In this document: piece after piece, positions 47,810 through 58,200 of the stretch
How the letters are laid out: each line of letters opens with the position of its first letter
Position numbering within the stretch: position 1 is the first letter of the stretch
Notes under the pieces: generated by a model
Told to the model about the DNA's origin: nothing
Databases searched by the model: none
The model's input: the letters and a program-made list of their open reading frames with translations, nothing else
DNA from: Dehalococcoidia bacterium
GTDB lineage: Bacteria; Chloroflexota; Dehalococcoidia; DSTF01; JACRBR01
Direction: 5' to 3'
DNA length: 64,000 nucleotides
NCBI GenBank assembly: GCA_041494685.1
Contig: JBGQBE010000006.1
Span: 16,064-80,063, forward strand
Translations under genes and position numbers: made by a program

Positions 47810-48385
47810 CTACTTTACGGTAAGCGTGCCCGACATGGTGGCGACGTGTACATCGCACTGGAAGTAGTAGCTGCCGGCCTCCAGCGTCACGTCGAGCTCG
47901 TCCTTGGCCGGCCCGACGTTGATCGGCGTCATGCCCATGTCCTTCCCGGTCGTATCCTTGCCCAGATAGAGGTGGAAGTTGTGGGGCAGGCCGCCGTCCT
48001 TGTTCTCGAAGATGATCTTGACGGCGCCCGGCGACGCCGTAAGCGTGCTCTTGTCGAAGAGCGTGTTGGACGCCGTGATCGTCAGGCTCGTGCCACCGGT
48101 GGACGGCGAGCCCCCGGCGGCGGGCGTGCCGCTGGCAGCCGTCGGCGTACCCGCCGCGGCGGTGGGAGTACCGGCGACGGACGGGGTGCCGGCGGCGGTC
48201 GGAGTGCCGGCCGGCTTCGTGGCAGCGGCCGTCGCCGAGGCGGGCTGCGTGCCCGACGCGGGCGTGATCTTGAACTTGGTGACCGGCGTGGGGTCCGCGG
48301 GCTCGCCGCTGCTGCAGGCCACGGCGCCCAGCATCAGGCCCGCCAGCAACAGCAGCGCCGCCGCGGTGATTCCCTTCATTCTCAT
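47810..48385 (-). CDS. lipoprotein cupredoxin (type-1 blue copper protein, plastocyanin/amicyanin-like)
   Basis: MRMKGITAAALLLLAGLMLGAVACSS lipobox; A/P/T-rich linker; T1 Cu ligands H..C..H..M (HNFHL...CDVHVATM); GAGGGAGG RBS. Confidence 0.8.
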   Translation of the reverse strand: MRMKGITAAALLLLAGLMLGAVACSSGEPADPTPVTKFKITPASGTQPASATAAATKPAGTPTAAGTPSVAGTPTAAAGTPTAASGTPAAGGSPSTGGTSLTITASNTLFDKSTLTASPGAVKIIFENKDGGLPHNFHLYLGKDTTGKDMGMTPINVGPAKDELDVTLEAGSYYFQCDVHVATMSGTLTVK

Positions 48386-48552
48386 CAGGCCTCCCTCTTG
48401 GCTCCCGCACCCGTCTCACGTTGGGCGCTTCACATGTGTGTCGGAATCGTATCGGCGTTGCCGTCCGAGAACAAAGGTACCGTACGCCCGTGTTTGGGGA
48501 CGTTCGGCACGTTGTGCGTCGGCGGCCAGCCGGGCACGAGCGCCGCGAGGCG

Positions 48553-48945
48553 CTACAGGGGCTGGCGTCCGGCGAAGCCGGCGTCGATCTCGTGCCACCA
48601 GGCGATGCGGTCCTCGCCGGCGCGCCAGCAGAGGTACACGACGCGGCCGTCGCGCTCACTGGGAAAGTCGAGCAGGCCCTCGTCGACGCCCTTGAGTTCG
48701 ACGCCCCAGCCGTTGACGCGGAGCAGCCGCTCGTTGAGCTGATCGACGAGCTCTTCAGCGCGGCGGCGCTGCCCCGCGAGAGCGCTCTCGTCCTTCACGT
48801 GGCCGTTGCCCGTGGACGATTCGGCCACGTGCGTCATCTGCGCGCGGAGGGCGTCGAGTTCGCGCTTGGCGGCCTGCATCGCTAGCAGTTCGTCGCGCAC
48901 CTGCGGCAGCAGGGCTTCGGCCTGTTCGAGCGTGAAGAGGATCAT
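48553..48945 (-). CDS. conserved hypothetical protein (possibly DUF2203 family)
   Basis: MILFTLEQAEALLPQVRDELLAMQAAKRELDAL...GWGVELKGVDEGLLDFPSERDGRVVYLCWRAGEDRIAWWHEIDAGFAGRQPL. Confidence 0.55.
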   Translation of the reverse strand: MILFTLEQAEALLPQVRDELLAMQAAKRELDALRAQMTHVAESSTGNGHVKDESALAGQRRRAEELVDQLNERLLRVNGWGVELKGVDEGLLDFPSERDGRVVYLCWRAGEDRIAWWHEIDAGFAGRQPL

Positions 48946-48986
48946 GCAGGTCCGATCTGGCTACGCCGCTGCCACCGCGGCTGACG

Positions 48987-50336
48987 CTATGTCTCGCTGA
49001 CGCCCGTGAACTCCCACTGCGCGATCTTGAGCGCGGGCACGCTGCGCACCCCGCCGCCGATATCGCCGAGCACGAGCGCGGCGGCGCGCCCCACCATATC
49101 GACGTGGTTCAGCGCGGCGACGTAGTCCTGGGTGAAGCGCAGGTTGCGGACGGGCGCGACGACCTGGCCGTCTTCGATCAGGAACGTGCCATCGCGGGTC
49201 ATGCCCGTGGTAACGACGTTGAGCGGGTGCACCGTGCGGGTGTACCAGAAGCGGCTAACCCAGATGCCGTGCTTCGTCGCGCGGACCATGTCGTCGACGG
49301 TGGCGTCGCCCGTGCCCATGAACATGTGCAACGGCAGCGGGCCGATCGTGTTGCCCGCCGGCAGCGCGTGGCCGGTCGAGCGCGTGTCGCCGCCCTGCTT
49401 GCCGGCGTAGTAGCTGTCCCAGACGACCTCGCGCGCGATGCCGTGGTCGATGAAGTCGACGCGGCGCTTCGGCACGCCCTCGAAGTCGAACGGCGATGGG
49501 ATGCCCGCCGGCGAGAGGCCGTCGTCCCAGATGCTGACGTTCTCGCCCATGACGCGCTCGCCCAGGCGGCCGGCCATGAAGCTGCGCTTCTCGGTGTACG
49601 GCAACGCGCCGAACGAGAGGTACGAGAAGAAGTCGAGCAGGTCGGCCACGGCGTAGGGCTCCAGGATCACCTCGTACACGCCGGGCTCGACGGTGCGCGG
49701 GTCCACGCCGCGCAGCGCGCGGTCCACGGCCTCGCGGGCGACGGCGTCGCCGTCGATGTCGCCGGCGTCCTTGCTGACGCGCGCCGCGTAGCCGCTGGAG
49801 GTCTCAGACATGACGACGGTGTTGATGTCGGCCTGGGTCTCGCGGTGGCGGGCGAAGACGCCGAGCGAGTTGGCGACGGCGTGCTCCGTAGCGGCGGTCT
49901 GGAACGCGCCGGCGGCGGTGAGCCCGGCGCGCGAGGCGGCGTCGCAAATCTGCGCGACGACGGACGCGCGCTCCTCGGGGCCGCAGCGCGCGGTGGCGTC
50001 GGCGAAGGCCGCGGCCCCGGCGACGGGCCGGGGGCGCGGCAGCGAGCGGAAGTCCTCGTTCTCGCGCTGGTGTTGCGCCAGGTCGAACGCCTTCGCCGCG
50101 AGGCGGCGCAGCGCCTCCTCGTCAATCTCGTTGGACGAGGCGATGCCGATCTTCTGGCCGATGACGGCGCGGATCGTGACACCTACGTCGGTCTGCTCGA
50201 CGTTCTGGTGGATGTAGTTGTTGGCGAACCGCGTGAGCGACGAGTGGGTTGCGGAGACGGCGACCTCGGTCTGGTCAGCGCGGCTGGCGGCCAGCACGGT
50301 CTGCGCGATGCGCGTGATCTCGGATTCGCCCAGCAT
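48987..50336 (-). CDS. TldD/PmbA family metalloprotease
   Basis: MLGESEITRIAQTVLAASRADQTEVAVSATHSSLTRFANNYIHQNVEQTDVGVTIRAVIGQKIGIASSNE...; track start 50381 is an alternative. Confidence 0.8.
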   Translation of the reverse strand: MLGESEITRIAQTVLAASRADQTEVAVSATHSSLTRFANNYIHQNVEQTDVGVTIRAVIGQKIGIASSNEIDEEALRRLAAKAFDLAQHQRENEDFRSLPRPRPVAGAAAFADATARCGPEERASVVAQICDAASRAGLTAAGAFQTAATEHAVANSLGVFARHRETQADINTVVMSETSSGYAARVSKDAGDIDGDAVAREAVDRALRGVDPRTVEPGVYEVILEPYAVADLLDFFSYLSFGALPYTEKRSFMAGRLGERVMGENVSIWDDGLSPAGIPSPFDFEGVPKRRVDFIDHGIAREVVWDSYYAGKQGGDTRSTGHALPAGNTIGPLPLHMFMGTGDATVDDMVRATKHGIWVSRFWYTRTVHPLNVVTTGMTRDGTFLIEDGQVVAPVRNLRFTQDYVAALNHVDMVGRAAALVLGDIGGGVRSVPALKIAQWEFTGVSET

Positions 50337-50389
50337 GGGGCAACTATAGCGGCTGGGCCGCGGAGGCTGGAGGCCGGGCACGGTTCAGT

Positions 50390-51085
50390 TCAGTCGGCGC
50401 GGGCGAAGGTAAGGCAGCGGACGTCGCGGGCGCCCGCCGCGAGCAGCGCCGACGCGCAGGCATCGAGCGTGGCGCCGGTGGTGACGACGTCGTCCACCAG
50501 GAGGACGCGGCGGCCTTCGACGCGGCGCGCGTCAGCGGCAAACGCGCCGGCGACGATGGCGCGGCGCTCATCACGGTGCATCGTCCGCGCCAGCGGTGCG
50601 GTGTCGCGGATGCGGCGGGCAGCGCGCGCCTCGCACGGCAGCCCGGCCACCGCGGCGATCCGGCGGGCGATAGCCGCGGACTGATTGTAGCCGCGCGACC
50701 GCTCGCGAGAGGGGTGCAGCGGTACCGGCGCGACGAGGTCAGCCCCCGGCACGCCGCAGCGCGCGGCGACGAGCGCGGCCATCGGCTCCGCCAGCGACGT
50801 CAGCCCCTCGTACTTCAACTCGTGCACCAGGCGGCGCGCCCCCTCCTCCATCACGAAGGCGGCGCGGATCGACGCGAACGCCGGTGGCGCATCAACGCAG
50901 TGGCGGCAGACGGGGCCGAAGGGCAGCGGCATCCAGCAGCGCTCGCAGCGGCGGCCGACTGCGGCGGGCAGTGCCACGGCGCAGGCGTCGCAGAGCAACG
51001 CGCCGCCGCGGTCGCAGAGGGCGCACCGCGGCGGGAAGAGCAGGTCGAGCGCGGCGCGGGAGGCGCGTTCGATAACGTTCGGCAT
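50390..51085 (-). CDS. comF: ComF family protein (zinc finger + phosphoribosyltransferase domain)
   Basis: MPNVIERASRAALDLLFPPRCALCDRGGALLCDAC...; PRT motif VLLVDDVVTTGATL; track extension to 51412 is R-rich shadow. Confidence 0.8.
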   Translation of the reverse strand: MPNVIERASRAALDLLFPPRCALCDRGGALLCDACAVALPAAVGRRCERCWMPLPFGPVCRHCVDAPPAFASIRAAFVMEEGARRLVHELKYEGLTSLAEPMAALVAARCGVPGADLVAPVPLHPSRERSRGYNQSAAIARRIAAVAGLPCEARAARRIRDTAPLARTMHRDERRAIVAGAFAADARRVEGRRVLLVDDVVTTGATLDACASALLAAGARDVRCLTFARAD

Positions 51086-51196
51086 CGTGCGGCGAGTATA
51101 CGCCCGCGAACGCGGCGCGTGAACCCCGCGCGGCGGGAATGCGGCATGGCGGGCGCTCGCTACAATGGGCCTGCTGCGAGAGAGACAGGAGCGGGC

Positions 51197-51457
51197 ATGA
51201 CGACGGTGAGCATCCGCCTGTACGCCGGGCTGCAGGGCCTGATCGGCGCACGCGACATCAGCATGGAGCTGCCGCCGGGCGCGACGGTCGGCACGCTGCG
51301 CGAGCGGCTGGGCGAGTTGTACCCGGCCGTGCTGGCGTTCCTGCCGACGCTGGTGTGCGCGGTGGACGAGGAGTACGTGCCGCCTGAGCACGTGCTGCGG
51401 GACGGCGACCACGTGGCGCTGATCCCGCCGGTGAGCGGAGGCTGCGCATGTTCGTGA
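51197..51457 (+). CDS. moaD: molybdopterin synthase sulfur-carrier subunit MoaD (C-terminal GG followed by CACS)
   Basis: MTTVSIRLYAGLQGLIGARD...VALIPPVSGGCACS; AGGAG RBS; overlaps the moaE start. Confidence 0.8.
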   Translation: MTTVSIRLYAGLQGLIGARDISMELPPGATVGTLRERLGELYPAVLAFLPTLVCAVDEEYVPPEHVLRDGDHVALIPPVSGGCACS

Positions 51458-51885
51458 TCACGGAGCAGCCGCTGGATCCGGCGCCGCTGGTGGAGTCGGT
51501 CCGGCGCGACGAGAGCGGCGCCGTCGCGCTGTTCTACGGCATGGTGCGGAACGAGAACATGGGCCGGGCGGTGCGGTACCTGGAGTACGACGCTTACCCG
51601 GAGATGGCGCTGAAGAAGATGCGCGAGGTAGCGGACGAGGTGCGCGCGAAGTTCGACGTGACGGGCGTGGGCGTGATGCACCGGACGGGGCGGCTCGAGA
51701 TCGGCGAGACGAGCCTGCTGGTGGCGGTGTCGTCGGCGCACCGCGCGGCGTCGTTCGAAGCGTGCCACTACGCGGTGGACCGCATCAAGCAGATCGTGCC
51801 GGTGTGGAAGAAGGAAGTCTGGGAGGACGGCGAAGAGTGGATCGAGGGCCACGTGCCGGAGATCCCGGGGACGGCGTCGCCCTAA
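51448..51885 (+). CDS. moaE: molybdopterin synthase catalytic subunit MoaE
   Basis: MFVITEQPLDPAPLVESVRRDESGAVALFYGMVRNEN...VPVWKKEVWEDGEEW. Confidence 0.85.
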   Translation: MFVITEQPLDPAPLVESVRRDESGAVALFYGMVRNENMGRAVRYLEYDAYPEMALKKMREVADEVRAKFDVTGVGVMHRTGRLEIGETSLLVAVSSAHRAASFEACHYAVDRIKQIVPVWKKEVWEDGEEWIEGHVPEIPGTASP

Positions 51886-52370
51886 CCGCGCCCGCGCGCC
51901 TGCCAGGCGGCGTACGTCGCCGCTACCTGCTCGATGTGCTCCTCGACGTGGTCGCTGTAGATGCGCAGCCAGTCGGCCGCGGTGTACCGGCCCGATTCGC
52001 TGTGCGTGCCGGCCGCGGCCCACGCCTCTTCGGGCAGGCGGCGCAGGATCGGCACTGTGTTCGCGCGGACGGCCTCGACCGCCGCCAGCGCCGCCTCGAG
52101 CGGATGGCTTTGGTAGCCGAGCACCACGGCCCAGTTCATCGGGTCGTAGCCCAGGATCACGGGCTCCTTCTCGGCGACGAGGTAGCGGATGCGTGCGGCG
52201 GCGTTCGTCTCGGAGTCGGCGCAGTGGCAGGCGATCTCGTGGACGGAGAACTCCTCCGGAGATGGCCGCCAGGCACGCGCCTCGGCGGGCACGCGGGCGA
52301 CGGCATCGCGCAAGCGCTGCGCGCCGGTGGCGTACCGCTCGATGCGGCGCTGGCGCTCGTCGGCGGTCAT
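51882..52370 (-). CDS. DinB/YfiT-like (DinB_2) family protein
   Basis: 162 aa four-helix-bundle signature ...EFSVHEIACHCADSE...DHVEEHIEQ... Confidence 0.7.
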   Translation of the reverse strand: MTADERQRRIERYATGAQRLRDAVARVPAEARAWRPSPEEFSVHEIACHCADSETNAAARIRYLVAEKEPVILGYDPMNWAVVLGYQSHPLEAALAAVEAVRANTVPILRRLPEEAWAAAGTHSESGRYTAADWLRIYSDHVEEHIEQVAATYAAWQARGRG

Positions 52371-52496
52371 GCGTGCGAGTCCTTTCGTCGATCCAGGTGG
52401 CGCCGCGAGTGTATCAGCCGCCCGCGTAGCAGAAGTCCGGCACAGAACCGGCCACCTGACGCGCTGACAAGCGGACTGGCTGACCGGCTTATCCGC

Positions 52497-52886
52497 TCAC
52501 CCGGCGACGGCGGTGGATTCGCGCGCCTGCTCGAAGCAGCTGCTGCAGTACACCGGCCGGTCTAGCCGCGGCACAAACGGTACACTGGCGTCGCCGCCGC
52601 AGTTGGCGCAGGGGACCGTCGTGAGTTCGCGGCCGTTAGTGGCGCTGCGCTCACGGCGCCGGCTGGCGCGGCAGGTCGGGCAGCGCTGGGGTTCGTTCAA
52701 CAATCCTTTTTCCAGATAGAACCCCTGTTCGCCCGCCGTAAAGACGAACATCGACTCACAATCGCGGCAGGTCAATGACTTATCCTCGAAAGCCACCTTC
52801 GTTCCTCCTTGAGACAGGTGTGCGGCCCGCGTGGATGCCCACGGACCTTGGGCGCGAGTGTAGGCGAGCATCAAACTTGAAGTCAA
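52497..52886 (-). CDS. zinc-ribbon domain protein (two CxxC pairs), unknown function
   Basis: ...KVAFEDKSLTCRDCESMFVFTAGEQGFYLEKGLLNEPQRCPTCRASRR...CANCGG...CSSC; true start may be internal. Confidence 0.55.
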   Translation of the reverse strand: MTSSLMLAYTRAQGPWASTRAAHLSQGGTKVAFEDKSLTCRDCESMFVFTAGEQGFYLEKGLLNEPQRCPTCRASRRRERSATNGRELTTVPCANCGGDASVPFVPRLDRPVYCSSCFEQARESTAVAG

Positions 52887-52923
52887 GCATTTCGGTAGCG
52901 AACATCATAATTGCGCCTGCAGG

Positions 52924-53451
52924 ATGTCAATCGTGTCACCAGAACGGCTCGTAACCCCCCGGTTTTGCCTCGTGTGCGGCGGCTCGCTCGTCGAACGCTT
53001 CATCGCGTCCGAGGGGCGGCGAAGGTACCAGTGCGAGGCGTGCGAGTACATCCACTACGAGAACCCCAGGGTCGTGGCGGCCGTCATCATCGAGCACGGC
53101 GGCAGGCTCCTGCTGCAGCAGCGGGCGATGGAGCCGCGGACAGGCTTCTGGACGTTCCCGGGCGGCTTCCTCGAGGTCGGCGAGCGGCCACAGGACGGCG
53201 CAGTGCGCGAGGCGAACGAGGAGGTCGGGCTGGACGTGACGGTACGGTCGCTCCAGGGCGTCTACTGCCGGCCGGAAGTGGGCATCGTGCTCGTAGTGTA
53301 CGAGGGGACCAGTTCGACCGATGAGGCCGTCGTGGCGGACTGGGAGTCGACCGCGGTGCGCTGGTACGGCATCGACGAGATCCCGTGGCCGGAGCTGGCG
53401 TTCGTGACCACGGAGGCGGCGCTGCGGGACTGGGTCGCCGCGCACGGGTAG
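52924..53451 (+). CDS. NUDIX hydrolase with N-terminal zinc ribbon (NudC-like architecture)
   Basis: CLVCGGSL...YQCEACEY zinc ribbon; Nudix box [24 protein letters not shown]. Confidence 0.85.
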   Translation: MSIVSPERLVTPRFCLVCGGSLVERFIASEGRRRYQCEACEYIHYENPRVVAAVIIEHGGRLLLQQRAMEPRTGFWTFPGGFLEVGERPQDGAVREANEEVGLDVTVRSLQGVYCRPEVGIVLVVYEGTSSTDEAVVADWESTAVRWYGIDEIPWPELAFVTTEAALRDWVAAHG

Positions 53452-53462
53452 CGGGACGGCGG

Positions 53463-53490
53463 CCAGTCTCCAGTCTCCAGTCTCCAGTCT
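53463..53490 (+). repeat. heptanucleotide tandem repeat (CCAGTCT)x4 immediately upstream of/overlapping the trmD start
   Basis: ggCCAGTCTCCAGTCTCCAGTCTCCAGTCTCCATGagc; a related 17-mer occurs upstream of nrdR (37512..37530). Confidence 0.8.
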
Positions 53491-53492
53491 CC

Positions 53493-54638
53493 ATGAGCTA
53501 CCCTCACGGCATGCGGATCGACATCCTGACGCTGTTCCCGGAGATGTTCTCCGGGCCGTTTGACGCAAGCATCATCGCGCGGGCGCGGCAGAGCGGCGTG
53601 CTGGAGATCGCCCTCCACAATCCACGCGACTACACCGGCGACAAGCACCACGTCGTGGACGACTATGCGTACGGCGGCGGGCCCGGCATGGTGATGAAGC
53701 CGGAGCCGCTGTTCGACTGCGTGGACGCGGTGCGGGCGCTGGCCGCCCCGCGCGGCAAGGTCGTGCTGTTGACGCCGCAGGGCCGCCTGCTGGATCACGC
53801 GGTGGCGGCGGAGCTCGCGCGCGAAGAGCGGCTGATCGTGATCTGCGGCCACTACGAGGGCGTGGACGAGCGCGTGCGCGAGTTCCTGGCGGACGACGAG
53901 ATCAGCATCGGCGACTACGTGCTGTCCGGCGGCGAGCCGGCGGCGATCGTGCTGGTCGACGCGGTGGCGCGGCACCAGCCGGGCGTGCTGGGGTCGGAGG
54001 CGTCGCTGGAGGAGGAGTCACACGCGCAGGGGCTGCTGGAGTACCCGCAGTACACCCGGCCGCCGCTGTACCGCGAGATGGCGGTGCCGGAGATCCTGCT
54101 CTCGGGCCACCACGCCGAGATCGAGAAGTGGCGGCGCCAGCAGAGCGTGCTCCGCACGGCGCGGCGCCGCCCCGACCTGCTGGCGAAGGCGACGCTGACG
54201 GCGGCCGAGCGGCGGTTGGTCGAGGCGGAGCGCGGCGGCGAGGCGGCCGTGACGCCGGCGCTGCTGCGGGTCGTCATGCCGGTGAGCGACATCGAGCGCG
54301 CGGCGGCGTTCTACGCGGCGGCGCTCGGCACGCCGGGCGCGCGCGTCTCTCCGGGACGCCACGACTTCGACTGCGGCGGCGTCGTGCTGGCGTGTGTCGA
54401 TCCGCGCGCGGACGGCGAAGACCGCGACGCCCGGCCGAACGCCGAGCACGTCTGCTTCGCCGTGCCAGACCTGGCCGCGGCGTTCGAGCGCGTGCGCGGG
54501 GCTGGCTGCCAGTGGATCGAACGGCGCCCAAAGACGCGCGACGGCGGCGAGCGTTCGTTCCGCGCGCGGGACCCGTTCGGCAACCCGATCTGCTTCGTGG
54601 ACGAGCGCACGGCGCGCGGCGGCGGGCTGAAGGAGTAG
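53493..54638 (+). CDS. trmD: tRNA (guanine37-N1)-methyltransferase TrmD fused to a C-terminal glyoxalase/VOC domain
   Basis: (MSYPHG)[42 protein letters not shown]...[12 protein letters not shown]...YVLSGGE... then, without a stop, [23 protein letters not shown]...[22 protein letters not shown]...[13 protein letters not shown]; alternative ATG 53511. Confidence 0.85.
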   Translation: MSYPHGMRIDILTLFPEMFSGPFDASIIARARQSGVLEIALHNPRDYTGDKHHVVDDYAYGGGPGMVMKPEPLFDCVDAVRALAAPRGKVVLLTPQGRLLDHAVAAELAREERLIVICGHYEGVDERVREFLADDEISIGDYVLSGGEPAAIVLVDAVARHQPGVLGSEASLEEESHAQGLLEYPQYTRPPLYREMAVPEILLSGHHAEIEKWRRQQSVLRTARRRPDLLAKATLTAAERRLVEAERGGEAAVTPALLRVVMPVSDIERAAAFYAAALGTPGARVSPGRHDFDCGGVVLACVDPRADGEDRDARPNAEHVCFAVPDLAAAFERVRGAGCQWIERRPKTRDGGERSFRARDPFGNPICFVDERTARGGGLKE

Positions 54639-54642
54639 CGGC

Positions 54643-55419
54643 ATGGGTACACGGCTGGCTGGCAAGGTCGCGATCGTGACGGGCGCGGGCGCGGCGGAAG
54701 ACGGCATCGGCAACGGGCGCGCGGCGGCGATCCTGTTCGCGCGGGAGGGCGCGAAGGTGCTGCTGGTGGACCGCAAGCCGGAGCTGGCGGAGCGCACGCG
54801 CGAGATGATCGCCGCGGAGGATGGCGAGTCAGCCGCGATGGCCGCGGACGTGACGAGCGCGGAGGACTGCGCCGCGATGGTGCGTGCGGCGATCGAGCGC
54901 TGGGGGCGGCTCGACATCCTGCAGAACAACGTCGGCATCGGCGGGCCGGGACGCGTGACCGACGTCGAGGAACGCGACTGGGAGCGCGTGATGCGGATCA
55001 ACGTGACGGGGATGATGCTGGCCGCGAAGCACGCGATCCCGGCGATGGTCGAGAGCGGCGGCGGCGCGATCGTCAACGTGTCGTCCATCGCGGCGGCGCG
55101 ACCGTGGCGGATGACGCCCTACGCGACGTCGAAGGGCGCGGTGGAGGCGCTGACGCGCGGCATGGCCGCCGACTACGCGCGCGACGGCATCCGCGTCAAC
55201 TGCATCGAGCCGGGGATGATGTACACGCCGCTGGTGTACGCGGGCGGCCGCATGAGCGCCGACGAGCGTGAGCGGCGGCGGAAGGCGGCGCCCCTGGGCA
55301 TCGAGGGGACGGGCTGGGACGTGGGGTACGCGTCGTTGTTCCTGGTGTCGGACGAGGCGAAGTTCATCACGGGCGTAGTGCTGCCGGTGGACGGCGGCGC
55401 GCTGCTGACTGTGCGGTAG
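54643..55419 (+). CDS. short-chain dehydrogenase/reductase (SDR)
   Basis: GKVAIVTGAGAAEDGIGNG Rossmann motif; NNVG; catalytic Y..K (YATSKGAV). Confidence 0.9.
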   Translation: MGTRLAGKVAIVTGAGAAEDGIGNGRAAAILFAREGAKVLLVDRKPELAERTREMIAAEDGESAAMAADVTSAEDCAAMVRAAIERWGRLDILQNNVGIGGPGRVTDVEERDWERVMRINVTGMMLAAKHAIPAMVESGGGAIVNVSSIAAARPWRMTPYATSKGAVEALTRGMAADYARDGIRVNCIEPGMMYTPLVYAGGRMSADERERRRKAAPLGIEGTGWDVGYASLFLVSDEAKFITGVVLPVDGGALLTVR

Positions 55420-55494
55420 GGATCAGGAGCGCAACGCATGCCAGGGCCGCATGACGCGGGGCGGCGGATCTTGGTACGCTGATGTGACAGCAGA

Positions 55495-55605
55495 TCGTTC
55501 TGCGGGAGCTGGGAGATGCCCGGCTGAGAGGGCCGCCGGCGCGGCCGACCGCCGAACCTGACCCGGGTAATGCCGGCGCAGGGAGTGGACACCGGCCCGC
55601 CTCGC
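55495..55605 (+). promoter_or_regulatory. TPP riboswitch (THI element) controlling the thiD-thiG-thiE-thiS-thiO operon
   Basis: Conserved CTGAGA (55523..55528) and ACCTGAcccGGgTAATGCCggCGcAGGGA (55555..55583), ~30 nt upstream of the thiD ATG. Confidence 0.85.
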
Positions 55606-55630
55606 GCCCGCCGCCCAAGGCGCACACCTC

Positions 55631-56518
55631 ATGACCAGCCCACCCGACTTCGAACAGGCGCCGCGCGCGCTCACGATCGCCGGCAGCGACTCCGGCGGCG
55701 GCGCCGGCATCCAGGCTGACCTCAAGACCTTTGCCGCGTTCGGCGTGTACGGCACGTCCGCGATCACTGCCGTGACGGCGCAGAACACCCGCGAGGTCAC
55801 CGACTGGCTGGCGATGCCGCCGGATCTGGTGGCGAAGCAGATCGACGCCGTGATGAGCGACATCGGCGCGGGCGCGGTGAAGACCGGGATGCTGGCGAAC
55901 GCCGGCATCATCGAGACGGTGGTGGCGAAGCTGCGCGAGCACGGCGTCGAGAACCTGGTGGTGGACCCGGTGATGGTCGCGAAGGGCGGCCACAAGCTGC
56001 TGGAGGACGACGCTGTGAGCGCGCTGATCCGCGAGCTGCTGCCGCTGGCGCTCGTCGTGACGCCGAACCTGCCGGAGGCCGAGGTGCTGACCGGCCACGC
56101 GATCCGCAACTGGGACGACGCGAAGACCGCCGCACAGGAGATCTCCGCGATGGGCGCGCGCAGCGTCGTGATCAAGGGCGGCCACTTCGAAAGCGATGCG
56201 AACGCGACGGACCTCTACTTCGACGCGCGCGGCTTCCGCGACTTCACGTCGGTGCGGATCGATTCGACGAGCACGCACGGGACCGGCTGCACGTTCGCGT
56301 CGGCGGTCGCGGCGGGGCTGGCGAAGGGGATGGCGACGGCGGACGCCGTGGCGCTGGCGAAGTCGTACGTGACGCTGGCGATCCAGCACGCCTACGCGAT
56401 CGGCCACGGGCACGGGCCGGTGCATCACTTCTACCGCTACTGGCAGCCGATGGGGCCGAGGTACAAGGCCGGCGCGCGCATCGTGCCGGCGTCGCCGCGG
56501 CCGGCGGAGGACGCATGA
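55631..56518 (+). CDS. thiD: hydroxymethylpyrimidine/phosphomethylpyrimidine kinase ThiD
   Basis: [41 protein letters not shown]... Confidence 0.9.
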   Translation: MTSPPDFEQAPRALTIAGSDSGGGAGIQADLKTFAAFGVYGTSAITAVTAQNTREVTDWLAMPPDLVAKQIDAVMSDIGAGAVKTGMLANAGIIETVVAKLREHGVENLVVDPVMVAKGGHKLLEDDAVSALIRELLPLALVVTPNLPEAEVLTGHAIRNWDDAKTAAQEISAMGARSVVIKGGHFESDANATDLYFDARGFRDFTSVRIDSTSTHGTGCTFASAVAAGLAKGMATADAVALAKSYVTLAIQHAYAIGHGHGPVHHFYRYWQPMGPRYKAGARIVPASPRPAEDA

Positions 56519-56760
56519 ACCTGCTGTGGCGCCGCTACTCGCGCTCCGGCTACGCGCCGCCGTGGTTCTACGCGGCGCTGACGGTCGGGTTCGCGGCGTT
56601 CGCGGTGTGGGGCGCGGTGCAACACGACTGGGCCGTCGCGGCGATCGCGGCGGCGATGGCGCCGGTGACGGTCGGCGGGGCGGCGCTGATGCGACGGCTG
56701 GGCGCCGCGGCGGAGGCATCGCGGCGCGCGGTGGAAGCACGGAGGGACGAGCATGAGTGA
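56515..56760 (+). CDS. hypothetical small membrane protein (81 aa, 2 TM) embedded in the thi operon
   Basis: Start overlaps the thiD stop (ATGA) and its stop overlaps the thiG start (ATGA); [35 protein letters not shown]... Confidence 0.45.
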   Translation: MNLLWRRYSRSGYAPPWFYAALTVGFAAFAVWGAVQHDWAVAAIAAAMAPVTVGGAALMRRLGAAAEASRRAVEARRDEHE

Positions 56761-57547
56761 CACGCTGACGATCGCGGGAAAGCAGTTCTCATCGCGGCTG
56801 TTCCTGGGCACCGGCAAGTACGCCAGCCCGGAGCAGACGCTGGCGGCGCTGGAGGCGTCGGGCACCGAGATGGTGACGGTGGCGATCCGCCGGCTCGACC
56901 TGGACAACCCGAACGCGCGGACGGAACTGGACTACATCGACTGGTCGCGCTACACGGTGCTGCCGAACACCGCCGGCTGCAAGACGGTGGACGAGGCGCT
57001 GCTCACGGCACGCCTGGGCCGCTCGGTGACGGGCAGCAACTGGGTGAAGCTGGAAGTGATCCCGGACCCGAAGTACCTGCTGCCGGACCCGATCGGCACC
57101 CTGCGCGCGGCGGAGCAGTTGATCGCGGAGGGCTTCGTGGTGCTGCCGTACATCCACGCCGACCCGGTGCTGGCGAAGCACCTGGAGGAGGCGGGCTGCG
57201 CGACGGTGATGCCGCTGGGGTCGGCGATCGGCTCCGGCCAGGGGATCCTGACGCTGGACGAGATCAAGATCATCATCGAGAACGCGAAGGTGCCCGTCGT
57301 GGTGGACGCCGGCATCGGCGCGCCCAGTGACGCGGCGCTGGCGATGGAGGTCGGCGCGGACGCGGTGCTGGTGAACACGGCCGTGGCGAAGTCGCAGGAT
57401 CCGCCGCTCATGGCGGCGGCGATGAAGCTGGGCGTCGAGGCGGGGCGCGCCGCCCACCTTGCGGGGCGCATCGACCGCAAGCCGTACGCGTCGGCGAGCA
57501 GCCCGACGGAGGGCGTCGCGCAGGCCGCGCCCATCGCGCGGGCGTGA
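56753..57547 (+). CDS. thiG: thiazole synthase ThiG
   Basis: [27 protein letters not shown]...[14 protein letters not shown]... Confidence 0.9.
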   Translation: MSDTLTIAGKQFSSRLFLGTGKYASPEQTLAALEASGTEMVTVAIRRLDLDNPNARTELDYIDWSRYTVLPNTAGCKTVDEALLTARLGRSVTGSNWVKLEVIPDPKYLLPDPIGTLRAAEQLIAEGFVVLPYIHADPVLAKHLEEAGCATVMPLGSAIGSGQGILTLDEIKIIIENAKVPVVVDAGIGAPSDAALAMEVGADAVLVNTAVAKSQDPPLMAAAMKLGVEAGRAAHLAGRIDRKPYASASSPTEGVAQAAPIARA

Positions 57548-58200
57548 TGGACGCCGACGGGCGGCGGGCGCGGCTCGCGCGCTATCTGCCGGTGGTGATG
57601 CTGGTGACCGACGCGTCGCGGCTGCGCGGCCGCACGATGGCCGGCGTGGTGCGCGCGGCGGTCGATGGCGGCGTCAACATCGTGCAGCTCCGTGAGACGG
57701 CGCTATCGCACGACGAGCGACTCGCGCTCGCCAGCGAGGTCCGCGACGCGGCAGCGGGGCGAGCGCTCCTGCTGGTCAACGATGACGCGGATGCGGCGAT
57801 CACGGCCGGCACGGACGGCCTGCACCTTCGATCCGACGACACGACCACGCGCCGTGGCGACATCCCCCAACACATCCTGATCTCGCGGGCGGTACACGGC
57901 GTCGAAGCGGCGGTCGCGGCAGAGCGCGACGGCGCGGACATGCTCGTGCTCGGCACCATCTTCGCGTCGGGGTCGCATCCGGGCGGCGCCACGATCGGCC
58001 TCGCCGGCGTGCGCGCCGTCTGCGACGCCGTGCGCGTGCCCGTGGTCGCGATCGGCGGCATCACGGCGGCGAACGCCGGCGGCGTGATGCGCGCGGGCGC
58101 GAGCGGCATCGCGGTGATCGGCGCCATCTTCGACGCGGAGGACGCGCGCGCGGCGGCGGCGGAACTGTGCGCGGCCGTGGAAACGGGGGCGCGCCCGTGA
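57544..58200 (+). CDS. thiE: thiamine-phosphate synthase ThiE
   Basis: ...[35 protein letters not shown]...; start overlaps the thiG stop. Confidence 0.85.
   Translation: MMDADGRRARLARYLPVVMLVTDASRLRGRTMAGVVRAAVDGGVNIVQLRETALSHDERLALASEVRDAAAGRALLLVNDDADAAITAGTDGLHLRSDDTTTRRGDIPQHILISRAVHGVEAAVAAERDGADMLVLGTIFASGSHPGGATIGLAGVRAVCDAVRVPVVAIGGITAANAGGVMRAGASGIAVIGAIFDAEDARAAAAELCAAVETGARP

Noticed and set aside
52890-52923. CTTGAagTCAAG palindrome and CATAAT box between the zinc-ribbon gene and the NUDIX gene
   Set aside because: Short, and plausibly just the divergent promoter; insufficient evidence to call an operator.
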